Under the pieces are notes generated by a model. That model did not search any database. It saw only the letters and a list, made by a program, of their open reading frames with translations, and was not told where the DNA came from. Shown here piece after piece: positions 18,083-28,507 of a stretch of DNA of 61,768 nt. A program made the translations under genes and the position numbers. Each line of letters begins with the position of its first letter. Position 1 is the stretch's first letter. Source of the DNA: a virus (lineage: Duplodnaviria > Caudoviricetes); IMG/VR virus record IMGVR_UViG_3300033388_002585, positions 1-61,768 of that record; one strand, given 5' to 3'.

Positions 18083-20530
18083 ATGCCTCAAAAACAAAGT
18101 ATTCAGAAACAGCATTCAGTTAATTTTTCTTACAAGTACGCACCCACGTTACAAGCATTCAATGAGTGTAAGAAGCGGATCAGGGCGGTTATAGGGCCGT
18201 TCGGCTCAGGAAAATCATCTGCAATGGTTATGGAGTTGTTCCAGGCTGGATGTAATCAGCTTCCCGATTCACATAACGTTCGCAGGTCTCGCTGGCTTGT
18301 GGTTCGTAATGTATATCGCCAATTAACAGACACCACTATCCCTACCTTTTTTGATTGGTTTCCCCCGTATTACTTTGGTTCATATAATAAAACAGAACAT
18401 CGGTATAACATGTCCATGCCTCTTTCTGATGGTACGGTATTAGACATGGAGGTATTGTTTCGAGCGCTGGATAAAGAAGAGCACGTATCGAATCTTTTGT
18501 CGCTTGAAGTATCCGGGGCATGGCTTAACGAATACCGGGAAATCCCCAAGATAATCTTTGACGCGATTGATGGTCGTATTGGTCGGTATCCTCCCCGCCG
18601 TGAAGTGGGCTGCACCTATCCTTTCACAATTATGGATTCTAACCCTCCTGACCATGAACACTGGTCGTATAAATTGTTTGAAGAAGAAAGAATGAATGAT
18701 GTGGCCCTTTATGAGAAGTATCAGATATTCCATCAGCCTTCTGGTTTATCTAATGAAGCTGAGAATTTACCTTATCTTCCAGAAGGATATTATGAAAACC
18801 TGGCTGCTGGAAAGACTCCTGATTTTGTTCGTGTGTATGTAGATGGTCAGTATGGTTATGTTCGCAGTGGCAAGCCTGTCTACCAAAACTACTCCGATGT
18901 ATTACATTTAGCCTTAAAACCTTTGTCTCCCGTAAAATCAGTTCCGATAATAATTGGTATGGACTTTGCGCTTAATCCGGCGGCTGCTTTTACCCAATTT
19001 ACTCCATCTGGAAACTTTAATGTATTGAGAGAGATTACAGGCGAGGGAATGCCTTTGCGTACTTTTGTAACTGAATTATTAATGCCTATAGTTCATGCGT
19101 ATTACCGTGGGTTCCGTATTATAATTATAGGAGATCCCAGTGGAGTTAAGAGAGCGGATACAGATGGTAGAACATGCTTCCAGGAGTTAATTGATTCAGG
19201 ATTTCATGCGATTCCAGCTAAGACTAACGCAATCCAGGCCAGGTTCGCTGCCATAGATTCTCTCCTTACCAGGATTCAAGGGGGCAAGGCAGTATTTCAG
19301 CTTGATCCCTCTTGTACTATGCTGCGGAAAGGATTTCTGGGTGAATACAAGTTCCCGGAGATTCATTCACGGCATGGATTGATGTATGCGGAGAAGCCTC
19401 TTAAGAACGAATTTTCTCACTGTTTCACAAAAGATACGTTAATAAGATTAGTTGACGGACAAAAAAGAATAAAAGACGTGATAGTCGGGGATATAGTTAA
19501 AACCCCATGGGGAAACAGGAAAGTGTTAAAGGCATGGATGACAAGAAGTAACGCAGAAATAATGGAAATAAACTTATCGGATGGTAGAAAAATTAAGTGT
19601 ACTCCTGATCATAAATTTATTTTAGCTAACAAAAGTGTTGCGTATTGCAGGTCATTGCAGTATAAGGATGTTTTATGTGATTATCATTTAAATTTAAAGG
19701 AGATAGAGACATGGAACATCCAAAGTTTATTGAATTTAAAGGAAAGAAATACAGATTATCCGACGGGGGATATTACAGGGTTGAAAACTGGGGAAAAGCC
19801 ACATGTAATTTACACAGGGCTGTTTGGGAAGATTATACTGGGAATAAAGTTCCTGAAGGATACGTTGTCCACCATATTGATAAAAATGTTTTTAATAACG
19901 ATATCACCAATCTTGAGATTATGCCCAACGGGAAACACGCATCAATGCACACCAGAGAAAGACTTGCCCATGATCCTGAATCATTTCAGCGAGCAATTAA
20001 AATTGCAAGAGAAGCTGCGAAAAAATGGCATGGATCTCCAGCCGGAATTGAGTTTCACAAAAAGCTTGGAAAGCAGGTATGGATCGGTAAAAAGAAGTAT
20101 ATTAAGATTTGTGAAGTATGTGGAGAGGAGTATTCAACGTATTTCCCAACGAGAAGCAAATGGTGTTCTCCTAAATGTCAACAAAAAGCAAGAAGGTTGC
20201 GGGGGGATGACAATGTGGAAAGAATATGTTCTGAATGTGGTGAATCGTTTATTACCAATAAATATAGTGCAACAAAAACCTGCTCTTCACGTTGTGGCGG
20301 TAAACTTGCTGCAAGAAACAGAAGATGTGTATAATATAACAGTAGATGTTGATCATGTATATTTCGCTAATGATGTTCTTGTCTTTAATTGTCATGATGC
20401 TTTACAATATGCCGGGTTAGGTTACGAGGTTATGGATCAGGCTAAAGGCTTAACGGATCTCACAGGAACAATAGTAACACGAAAAAGAGAAGGTGTTGAA
20501 AAAAAGAGAGTGATGGCTGCGTATACATAA
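18083..20530 (+). CDS. terL: Terminase large subunit with intein
   Basis: Walker A GPFGSGKS, Walker B AWLNE, DSNPP, RNase H-like IGMDF and HDALQY. Confidence 0.95.
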   Translation: MPQKQSIQKQHSVNFSYKYAPTLQAFNECKKRIRAVIGPFGSGKSSAMVMELFQAGCNQLPDSHNVRRSRWLVVRNVYRQLTDTTIPTFFDWFPPYYFGSYNKTEHRYNMSMPLSDGTVLDMEVLFRALDKEEHVSNLLSLEVSGAWLNEYREIPKIIFDAIDGRIGRYPPRREVGCTYPFTIMDSNPPDHEHWSYKLFEEERMNDVALYEKYQIFHQPSGLSNEAENLPYLPEGYYENLAAGKTPDFVRVYVDGQYGYVRSGKPVYQNYSDVLHLALKPLSPVKSVPIIIGMDFALNPAAAFTQFTPSGNFNVLREITGEGMPLRTFVTELLMPIVHAYYRGFRIIIIGDPSGVKRADTDGRTCFQELIDSGFHAIPAKTNAIQARFAAIDSLLTRIQGGKAVFQLDPSCTMLRKGFLGEYKFPEIHSRHGLMYAEKPLKNEFSHCFTKDTLIRLVDGQKRIKDVIVGDIVKTPWGNRKVLKAWMTRSNAEIMEINLSDGRKIKCTPDHKFILANKSVAYCRSLQYKDVLCDYHLNLKEIETWNIQSLLNLKERNTDYPTGDITGLKTGEKPHVIYTGLFGKIILGIKFLKDTLSTILIKMFLITISPILRLCPTGNTHQCTPEKDLPMILNHFSEQLKLQEKLRKNGMDLQPELSFTKSLESRYGSVKRSILRFVKYVERSIQRISQREANGVLLNVNKKQEGCGGMTMWKEYVLNVVNRLLPINIVQQKPALHVVAVNLLQETEDVYNITVDVDHVYFANDVLVFNCHDALQYAGLGYEVMDQAKGLTDLTGTIVTRKREGVEKKRVMAAYT
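19421..20389 (+). mobile_element. Intein in TerL nuclease domain (about 323 aa)
   Basis: SH|CFTKDTLI, block B KCTPDHKF, block F DVYNITV, end LVFN|C. Confidence 0.9.
19711..20334 (+). CDS. HNH homing endonuclease nested out of frame in the TerL intein
   Basis: AAGGAG RBS; LHRAVWE, VHHIDKNVFNNDITNLE...H; two CxxC...CS..C Zn modules. Confidence 0.85.
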   Translation: MEHPKFIEFKGKKYRLSDGGYYRVENWGKATCNLHRAVWEDYTGNKVPEGYVVHHIDKNVFNNDITNLEIMPNGKHASMHTRERLAHDPESFQRAIKIAREAAKKWHGSPAGIEFHKKLGKQVWIGKKKYIKICEVCGEEYSTYFPTRSKWCSPKCQQKARRLRGDDNVERICSECGESFITNKYSATKTCSSRCGGKLAARNRRCV

Positions 20531-20672
20531 GGATAAGCGAAGACACAAACAATAACCTGTTAATATTTACATTGACTTTTGAATTTTTTTTATTTATCTT
20601 TGATAAGTCTTTGGGAAGTTTTTGGGAAGTCTTTGATAAACTTTTAGCAAACATTGTACGGGGGATAGACTC

Positions 20673-23600
20673 ATGTTGATAAATGTGCAGACTAATGAAC
20701 AGATAGAGAAAGAAAAGAAAATAGAAACCAAGGCTGTTGATGTTGCCGAGAGTGCTGAACTGATAACCAGTCTTTCCGCGTATGTTGATACATGCTGGAG
20801 TGAAGCTAAAGCAGAAAAAATAGAATTCGAAAAGCAGCTTTTAATCAATAAACGGCAAATAGATGGTATATATGATCCTGATAAACTTGCTGCCATAAAA
20901 GAATTTGGATCATCAGAAATATTTGTTTTTATCACAGATACCAAGTGTCGTAATGCGGATGCGTGGGTAAAAGATATCTTATTCCCTCCCAATGAAAAAT
21001 GTTGGGGTATCCGCCCAACTCCACAGGCGGAAATTCCTTCCAACATTCGTGGAAAAATCCTTGAAACTGTTGCTCGGGATGTATTGCAGGGTGCTATGAA
21101 TAATGCTTCTCAAGGTCAGCCTTCCGATCCACTCCAAATTTATAAATCCATTATGTCCAAGATGCCTGAGATAGAAGAACACCTTAAAACGTTTATTCAG
21201 AAAAAGGCTAAAGAGATTGCCGCACAGATGGAGGTTAAGATTAACGATCAGTTGACTGAAGGTGACTGGTATGATGCTGTATTGGGTGTTTTGCCGGATG
21301 TTATAATGGGTACGGGCTTCGTGAAGGGTCCTATATTAAGAAAGCAGAGGGCTAAAAAGGTTGAGGTAGACCCTGAATCAAGTAAGTTTAGTGTGAAGAT
21401 TATGGAAAAAGCAATCCCCAAGTATGAGATTCGGCCTCCGTTTAATATTTATCCATGTCCGGGAAGTACGGGTATCAACGATGGCTATTTGTTTGATCGG
21501 ATTCAAATAACGCCACGGGGGTTACAGGAACTTATAGGGATTCCGGGGTTTGATGAAAAAGAGATTAGATTAGTGTTACAGGAATATGAACAGGGAAGTT
21601 TGCACGACTGGCTTAATCTGGAGATTGATCGTAACCTCAAGGCTATGGATAAGATTGTTACCGGGAGTGTGAATGTATCTTACAATTCTCACAAGATAGA
21701 TTGTTTGGAGTTTTGGGATGCCATACAGGGCAAGAAGTTAAAGGAATGGGGTGTTACAAAGAAAGATATGACTTTCGATGATGATCTTTTTTATGATTTG
21801 TGTGTATGGAAAATAGGCGGACATATTATCAAAGTAATGTTTAACCCTGATAAATTGGGGATGAAACCTTTTTCTAAAGCATCGTTTGAAGAAAAGTCAG
21901 GAAGCTTCTGGGGGCGCGGTTTACCTCAAGTAATAAAAGATGCTCAGCAGGCTGCTAACGCATGTGGTCGAGCCATTATAAATAATGTTGCGATAGGCAG
22001 TGGACCCCAAGTAGAAAGAAACATTGACAGAGTACCGCGTTCAGATATAGCCGATAATATTTTGTACCCATGGCGAGTATGGGATGTAACTAACCAGCAG
22101 GCAATATCCAATGCTCCCGCTCTCAAGTTTTATCAACCCCCTATGGTAGTAGATAAGATTCTCACAGTTTTTGATCGATTTATAAAGATAGCTGATGAAC
22201 ATTCTGGGGTGCCTGCGTATGCTCATGGAGATGTAAGGGTAGGAGGAGCTGGTCGTGCTCTTGCTGATTATGAGAAAGTTTTAACGCCTCAAGGTCCTGT
22301 ATGTATAAGTCAACTTAAAGCAGGTGATTTGGTCGTTAATTCATACGGGTCTGCTTCTACAGTAACAGGAGTATACCCACAAGGTGAATCTGATATCTTC
22401 CGCTTAAAATTTAATAACGGTAAGCATGTTGATTGTGATATGGAGCATCGCTGGTCAGTAAGGACACATCATAATCGTAAATTTAGAACTATGACGACTG
22501 AGGAAATTCTGGATGCGGGGTTATTTAGAAAAACAAAGAAAGATTACAGGAATCCGAGTGGCTGGCGGGCTAAGTGGATGTTACCGTTATTTGATTATAT
22601 AGAGTTTGAAGAAAGGGAAGTAAAGATTGATCCGTATACAATGGGTGCTTTAATAGGAAATGGAGATGCTCGGTGCAGGCTTACGTGTCGAGATAAAGAA
22701 GTTTTCGAGAGGATTCCGTATCCATTAGGAAAAGTTGATCGCAAAGGAGATAGTGCTGCATGGACGCATACGGTTAAAGGAATTAAGTTGGATTATTTGT
22801 CGTATGGATTAAAGTGTAAGTCTGTTGATAAATTTATTCCTGAAGATTACTTATTTAATTCAAGACAGATACGATTGGAGTTGCTTCGAGGCTTAATGGA
22901 TACTGATGGTTGTTGTTCGAAGGAAGGTGGAACTGATTATTCTTCGTCGTCGTTCAGGTTAATTAATGATTTTAGAATACTGGTTGAATCTCTTGGCGCA
23001 ACGGTAGGAAGTATAGGCGAATGTGAGGGTGGCGAATTTGAAGTTAATGGTAGGAAAAGTGTCAGACAAAAGGCATATAGAATTAAATTTAACCTTCCTG
23101 GAGAAAAATTGTTTTACGTTCCAAGAAAGCATAAGAGGGTATTTGATCGGAAGAAAACCCACACATACATAACAGGAATTGAATATATCGGGAAACATAC
23201 AGCAACGTGTATTACCGTGGATTCCCGAGATAGCTTGTTTCTTTGTGCTAATTTAATACCCACGCATAATACAGCCTCAGGGCTCTCCATGTTGATGCAT
23301 GGAGCGGCGAGAGGCATTAAATCTCTTATCAAGACTATCGATGAAAAAATCATATCTTCCACAGTAGAACGTCAGTATTACTGGAATATTGAACAGAAAG
23401 AAAACTTCGGGCTTATATGTGATTTTCAGATTGAGGCTCGGGGAAGTGCTGCTATGCTGGCTAAAGAACAGCAGTTAACCCGGATGGTAGAATTCGCGCA
23501 GGCAACTGCTAATGAATATGATATGAAACTAATGGGAGCTGCTGGGCGGGCTTATATAATAAGTGAGATAGCAAAGCAATTCGGGTTAGATGTTGATAAG

Positions 23601-23795
23601 GCTTTCCCGATGCTTGATGCGATTATGAGGCAAGCTGAGCAACGGGAATTAGGGAGTGAAAGTGGAGTAGAAGGCAGAGGAGAGGAGAGTGCTGGTGCTA
23701 TGGGAGGTCAGGGACCGGCAGCGAGAACTCTTGACATGGCTGGAAATCCTGCTCAGGGTACTGATATGAATGAGTTTTCAGCAGATAGAGGATAA
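20673..23795 (+). CDS. Portal protein with intein
   Basis: Follows terL; GTGFVK, FWGRGLP, SGVP...TASGLSML portal-like motifs. Confidence 0.85.
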   Translation: MLINVQTNEQIEKEKKIETKAVDVAESAELITSLSAYVDTCWSEAKAEKIEFEKQLLINKRQIDGIYDPDKLAAIKEFGSSEIFVFITDTKCRNADAWVKDILFPPNEKCWGIRPTPQAEIPSNIRGKILETVARDVLQGAMNNASQGQPSDPLQIYKSIMSKMPEIEEHLKTFIQKKAKEIAAQMEVKINDQLTEGDWYDAVLGVLPDVIMGTGFVKGPILRKQRAKKVEVDPESSKFSVKIMEKAIPKYEIRPPFNIYPCPGSTGINDGYLFDRIQITPRGLQELIGIPGFDEKEIRLVLQEYEQGSLHDWLNLEIDRNLKAMDKIVTGSVNVSYNSHKIDCLEFWDAIQGKKLKEWGVTKKDMTFDDDLFYDLCVWKIGGHIIKVMFNPDKLGMKPFSKASFEEKSGSFWGRGLPQVIKDAQQAANACGRAIINNVAIGSGPQVERNIDRVPRSDIADNILYPWRVWDVTNQQAISNAPALKFYQPPMVVDKILTVFDRFIKIADEHSGVPAYAHGDVRVGGAGRALADYEKVLTPQGPVCISQLKAGDLVVNSYGSASTVTGVYPQGESDIFRLKFNNGKHVDCDMEHRWSVRTHHNRKFRTMTTEEILDAGLFRKTKKDYRNPSGWRAKWMLPLFDYIEFEEREVKIDPYTMGALIGNGDARCRLTCRDKEVFERIPYPLGKVDRKGDSAAWTHTVKGIKLDYLSYGLKCKSVDKFIPEDYLFNSRQIRLELLRGLMDTDGCCSKEGGTDYSSSSFRLINDFRILVESLGATVGSIGECEGGEFEVNGRKSVRQKAYRIKFNLPGEKLFYVPRKHKRVFDRKKTHTYITGIEYIGKHTATCITVDSRDSLFLCANLIPTHNTASGLSMLMHGAARGIKSLIKTIDEKIISSTVERQYYWNIEQKENFGLICDFQIEARGSAAMLAKEQQLTRMVEFAQATANEYDMKLMGAAGRAYIISEIAKQFGLDVDKAFPMLDAIMRQAEQRELGSESGVEGRGEESAGAMGGQGPAARTLDMAGNPAQGTDMNEFSADRG
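22257..23270 (+). mobile_element. Class 3-type intein with LAGLIDADG endonuclease in the portal (about 338 aa)
   Basis: Ala1 (ALADYEKV), block B EHRW, block F TCITV, PTHN|T; MGALIGNG and LRGLMDTDG motifs. Confidence 0.88.
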
Positions 23796-23830
23796 GAGAG
23801 GAGTAAGAGAGGAGTAAGAGAGGATAAGAG

Positions 23831-24112
23831 ATGATACAACCAGATGAGAAAACTTTACGTGCGGTGTATAATTTAAAGCATGCGTCACCTATCCAGTTTA
23901 GCTTATTGGTTGAATGGATTAAAGAATCAAGAAGAACTGATATGCTTAATTTTATGGGACTTGAATCAGATCAGAAGTTACACTGGATTCAAGGGCGGAT
24001 GCAGACGTATGATGTTTTGATTGATGTAATGGAATCACCGGAGCAGCATATTAAAGAAGCGGAAGCATCGGTGAGAAAACAGAAAAAGGCAAAAGAATTA
24101 TCTACGTTGTAA
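23831..24112 (+). CDS. Small protein after the portal
   Basis: QG motif (HWIQGRMQ) typical of small portal-adjacent helical proteins. Confidence 0.65.
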   Translation: MIQPDEKTLRAVYNLKHASPIQFSLLVEWIKESRRTDMLNFMGLESDQKLHWIQGRMQTYDVLIDVMESPEQHIKEAEASVRKQKKAKELSTL

Positions 24113-24157
24113 TATAATATAATGCAATAAAATTTAGCTACATACAGGAGGTTTGTC

Positions 24158-24523
24158 ATGGCTTTCACAGTAACTTCACCAAAAAATACGTGTGCTGTAA
24201 CTGCTACAACGGCGATAGCAAATGTGCAGAATCATGGGGCTGGGGTTAATATATACATACAATACACAAAAGATTCGGAAACAGCGTTGAAGATTGAGTT
24301 ATCCGTGTTGAATCCTGGGGCTCATGCAACTACTTATTTTGACATGGTTCATGCAGATTCTAACTATGATTTATCCACGATGTTTTACACTATCACCGGA
24401 TCAGATAATTTCAGGATTCCTGTTACTCTTGGATTGGGTGAGACTAAACTTAAGCTTACTTTTTCTTCTACTGCTGGTGATATGGGTGGATCAATTGCGG
24501 TTGATGTGTTGGGCGGAGATTAA
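24158..24523 (+). CDS. Beta-rich virion-type protein
   Basis: AGGAGG RBS; Thr/Ala-rich composition. Confidence 0.65.
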   Translation: MAFTVTSPKNTCAVTATTAIANVQNHGAGVNIYIQYTKDSETALKIELSVLNPGAHATTYFDMVHADSNYDLSTMFYTITGSDNFRIPVTLGLGETKLKLTFSSTAGDMGGSIAVDVLGGD

Positions 24524-24613
24524 GTCGAGGAGTGTTGGGTTGTATATTTAGGTTGCATATAAGATATACAGTTAAGTTCAAGATACAACACGTTATTATA
24601 TGGGTGATGAAAA

Positions 24614-26584
24614 ATGGCTGACATAAAGGACCGTTTACTGCATTCTATATATCATGTTCCGTATTCGGAGTTTAGGAGACCTTGGGTAGTTTTCAAGGAA
24701 AGTTTTACGGGAGATGGCGTTACCAAGACGTTTACCTTGGATGGAACTATCCTTAATGCTACTTTTTTGTCTGGAGCATGGATAGTGGAGGATGTCCAGA
24801 TCACCAAGAGTGTTTCAATTACCAAAACAAACGGCAAAGCTATTTATGATTCTCTGAATGTGTTTACTCGGCATAGAATAGCAAGTGAAAGCGTAAGTGC
24901 TGCCGGGGTAGTGACTTTAAACTATGCTCCACGGAATGAGGCAGTTTTTTATATTTATTACTGGTATGAACTTTCTAATACCGCAAGGCTGAAAGATTAT
25001 TATCGCGATGATATTGTTTCTAAATTTGAATCCGATGAACCTTCAATCGCAAGTTCAGTTAACGTAAACACTACAGATTTTGGTGACATTCTTTCAGTTA
25101 GCGAAGATACTGTCCAGAAGGCCCTTGATATTCTTGACGATCATGGGCATCCTGATACCGATATAACTATTTACGGGACTGACTATACAGCCCGAGATGG
25201 ATTTGACGCAGCACTCAGAAATGGTATTGGTTCGGGACTCACTGTTACCGATGAAGGTGGCCTTAACGTTAGCTGGACTGAAGGAGTAGCTTTTGTTGAT
25301 GGCTCTGTATTTAGTGTGAATGCTGCTGGGGCGACTGGTCTAACAGATAACGCAACTAATTATCTTTATGTCTTGAAGAATAACTCTACGCTTCAAATTT
25401 CAACTACTGAGCCTGATACAGATGTTGTTGGAGAGTTTGCGTTAGTAGCAAAGTACAATACTTATGATGGAGATATAGCTCATTCTTGTAGTTTTCCTCT
25501 TATGTCTGGAGGATTGCGTTTTATAATTTGGTATTTCCTTCAGAAAATAGCTCCTGCGGCGGTTGTCTCTGGATGTGCTTGTTCCATCGACACAGATGCT
25601 ACAAATCCTAATGATTTTAAGATAGGAACTGGGGAGTATTTTCTAAATCCCTTTTGTAGTAAAAAGATAGAAAATGTCATTTACTCAGCAGGTTCAGGGC
25701 ATGGAGCGAATAATGTCCAAGCTCATTTTCATACAGCAAGTGCTTGGGATACAGCATTAGAGAATGGAGTTAGTTTTAGTTACTGGGATAACGGAGTTCA
25801 AAAGACAGCAGTTACTGGGAATAAGTGGTATTGTGGCTGGGTGTATGTTTTAGGCGATAATACGATTCTATACGTCTATCCTCAAACAGAACATGCTAAG
25901 GAAGCAGATGCTCAAGAAGAGGAAATAGTCTATCCACCTTATCACTATGGTTATGTACTTCCAGTAGCAAGGTTTGTGTTTAGAGGAAGTGCCACAGCTT
26001 TTGCTTATAATGCTTATTTCGCAGATATCCGACCTTTCTTGGGAGCAGTAGGTAATGGAGCTTCGATTCAGAATATCTACCAAACTATCACCGGAGATAC
26101 TGGTTCAACTATGGCGACTGAGAGTGATGATTCGCTGGCGATTGAAGGAGCTGCTCCTGTTTCGGTTGCGGTAACTGCTGATAAAGCAGAAGTGTCTTTA
26201 CCAGCCGCAACCAATTCTCAGGATGGATATGCAACCTCAATGCAGATAACTAAACTTGATGGGATTGAAGAAGGCGCAGATGTTACCGCAACCCATGAAA
26301 CATCCCATGCTGATGTTTTAGTTGATGGTGATATTGGTGTAACAGTAGCGGCCGCTCTTGGTGCAGATGATAACTATGTAACTAATGCAGAAAAGGCGGC
26401 TTTGCATGCGGCAGGTGGGGATACTACTCTTGGAGCACAGACAGAAAACCTTGACATGAATACACATAAGATAGTTGGAGTTGTTGATCCTACTGCTGAT
26501 CAAGATGTTGCGACTAAGAAATATGTAGATGATAATGCAGGTGGAGTAGCTTTTGCAACTGCTGCTGCTTTGGGAACTTTATAG
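24614..26584 (+). CDS. Tail fibre-like protein
   Basis: FTGDG, TVQKALD, KLDGIEEGAD and DPTADQDVATKKYVD fibre motifs. Confidence 0.75.
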   Translation: MADIKDRLLHSIYHVPYSEFRRPWVVFKESFTGDGVTKTFTLDGTILNATFLSGAWIVEDVQITKSVSITKTNGKAIYDSLNVFTRHRIASESVSAAGVVTLNYAPRNEAVFYIYYWYELSNTARLKDYYRDDIVSKFESDEPSIASSVNVNTTDFGDILSVSEDTVQKALDILDDHGHPDTDITIYGTDYTARDGFDAALRNGIGSGLTVTDEGGLNVSWTEGVAFVDGSVFSVNAAGATGLTDNATNYLYVLKNNSTLQISTTEPDTDVVGEFALVAKYNTYDGDIAHSCSFPLMSGGLRFIIWYFLQKIAPAAVVSGCACSIDTDATNPNDFKIGTGEYFLNPFCSKKIENVIYSAGSGHGANNVQAHFHTASAWDTALENGVSFSYWDNGVQKTAVTGNKWYCGWVYVLGDNTILYVYPQTEHAKEADAQEEEIVYPPYHYGYVLPVARFVFRGSATAFAYNAYFADIRPFLGAVGNGASIQNIYQTITGDTGSTMATESDDSLAIEGAAPVSVAVTADKAEVSLPAATNSQDGYATSMQITKLDGIEEGADVTATHETSHADVLVDGDIGVTVAAALGADDNYVTNAEKAALHAAGGDTTLGAQTENLDMNTHKIVGVVDPTADQDVATKKYVDDNAGGVAFATAAALGTL

Positions 26585-26593
26585 GAGAATAAT

Positions 26594-27592
26594 ATGTTAT
26601 GTCTTAATTCGACAGATGTCATAGAAGGTGGTGCAAGTGTAGCTTCGGTAGTTGATTATCACATGAGCGGGCTTGTAGGAACTACGTTTACACAACTTGC
26701 AGCTGGAACATTAAGTGATACATTGACAACCGCTTTATATACCGCTGGTGCTGCGGTTTCAATCGTCAACATCACTTTGGTTAATACTCATAATGCAGCG
26801 GTGAATGTTACTTTAAGGCTTGATCCTGCTAATGGAGGGAATCCTCGATATATTATTCCTGAGACTATTTCTCTTGGGGCAGGTTATTCGCTTCATACGG
26901 ATGGGACTAAGATTACGGTGATGGATACTAATGGAGGTCTTGTTACGGGTGTTAACGTCTCTGATGCTGCCTATGACGCAACTTCATGGGACGGAGTAAC
27001 AACAATAGCTCCAAGCAAGAATGCGGTGAGAGATGAGTTTGAGAAGAAAGTGGATGCTTCCGCTGTTATCACCGATAATCGAATAGTTCGTGGTGATGGT
27101 GGTGCAAGGGGAGTTCAGGAATCTACTATAAGTGTTGATGATAGCGGGAGAATGACGAATCCAAGTCAACCAGCATTCTTAGCAATTGTTACCACAGCAC
27201 AATTAAATGTAACTGGAGATGGTACAATATATAATATAACAGGAGCGTTTTGGACAGAAGTTTTTGACCAAGGTAATGATTTCTCAAATGGAACGTTTAC
27301 TGCCCCTATTACTGGCAGATATATATTAGCAGGAAATGTTTATTTAGCAGGAATTACTGCATCCCATACGCTTGTTTCCATATATGTAATTACTTCAAAC
27401 CGAAATTATAATGTAGTATATATGAACGCTGCAAATATCAAGGGTGGTGATATTTTTATGCTTCCTTATTCTACAATTGTAGATATGGATACAAATGACA
27501 CTGCATATTTGCGGATAAATGTATATTACGGTACAAAAGTCGTTGATGTCCAAATTGTTAACACGGCTTTTGGAGGGACTTTGCTTTGCTAA
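26594..27592 (+). CDS. Tail fibre protein with C1q-like C-terminal domain
   Basis: APSKNAV; QPAFLA...EVFDQGNDF..GTFTAPITGRY...DMDTND...FGG. Confidence 0.75.
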   Translation: MLCLNSTDVIEGGASVASVVDYHMSGLVGTTFTQLAAGTLSDTLTTALYTAGAAVSIVNITLVNTHNAAVNVTLRLDPANGGNPRYIIPETISLGAGYSLHTDGTKITVMDTNGGLVTGVNVSDAAYDATSWDGVTTIAPSKNAVRDEFEKKVDASAVITDNRIVRGDGGARGVQESTISVDDSGRMTNPSQPAFLAIVTTAQLNVTGDGTIYNITGAFWTEVFDQGNDFSNGTFTAPITGRYILAGNVYLAGITASHTLVSIYVITSNRNYNVVYMNAANIKGGDIFMLPYSTIVDMDTNDTAYLRINVYYGTKVVDVQIVNTAFGGTLLC

Positions 27593-27602
27593 AGGAGAAT
27601 AA

Positions 27603-27852
27603 AATGGAGATCATAATAACAATACCAGACGAAGGAAAAAGAATTTTGGAATCGTGGCTTGGAGAAGGGCAAATCCAGCCGTGGCTACAACACGTAATCG
27701 ACAATAAGCTCAGGCAGCGACTTGATGCTTCTATTCTTGAACACACAGACAAGAATCCTAAGAAACTGACAGAGGCTGATAAGTTAGCTGCCTTACAGAG
27801 TGTTACACTACCTTCAAGAGAAGAACGAGATGGTAAAATAGGAGCAAACTAA
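27603..27852 (+). CDS. Small fibre-associated protein
   Basis: AAGGAG before MEIII; internal start of 27586..27852, start coordinate approximate. Confidence 0.6.
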
Positions 27853-28469
27853 TGAGAACAGGAAAATTAGAAAATCCATTAAGTATTGATGTAGGCTCAG
27901 ATGCTGATGGAGATATTTATCAAAGGTCTTCTGGTAAGTTAGTTCGGCTTGCTAAGGGTGATGCTCTTGCCCTACTCAAAATGAACTCAGCTGGAACCGC
28001 AGTAGAATGGGGAACAGCAGGTCAAATCGCCTTCCCCGCCACAGCCGTACCAAGTTCTGACCCTAATACGCTGGATGATTATGAGGAGGGGACTTGGACA
28101 GCAGCTTTTGTTGCTTCTACCAGCGGTACTATTACAGCAGGAAGTAATGTAACTTGTAGATATGTAAAAACTGGGAGTCAAGTATCTTTCAGTGGACATA
28201 TAAATGTTGCTTCCGTTTCATCTCCAGTTGGAGAGTTTGAGATTTCTGGGCTGCCTTTTACAGTGGGAAGTGGAGAGCCTTACAGGTTTGGTTTTTCGGT
28301 GTATAGTGATGGACTTGCTGCTGCCGCAACTACATCATTACAGGGATATTGTACTGCTGGAGGAACTAAATTAACAATACGAAAATTTGCTGCTGGTAGT
28401 TCCGCTATGTTAGCAAGTGATGTACAGGCAAATACCTTATTTATAATTGGAGGGGTTTATTTTATATAG
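27852..28469 (+). CDS. Short tail fibre / receptor-binding protein
   Basis: NTLDDYEEGTWT, YVKTGSQV, ISGLPF. Confidence 0.75.
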   Translation: MRTGKLENPLSIDVGSDADGDIYQRSSGKLVRLAKGDALALLKMNSAGTAVEWGTAGQIAFPATAVPSSDPNTLDDYEEGTWTAAFVASTSGTITAGSNVTCRYVKTGSQVSFSGHINVASVSSPVGEFEISGLPFTVGSGEPYRFGFSVYSDGLAAAATTSLQGYCTAGGTKLTIRKFAAGSSAMLASDVQANTLFIIGGVYFI

Positions 28470-28507
28470 AAAAATAAAATACAAAAACAATAGGCAGGAG
28501 ACTCAAA

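Noticed and set aside
24614-28469. Diversity-generating retroelement acting on the fibres
   Set aside because: No reverse transcriptase and no template/variable repeat pair seen.
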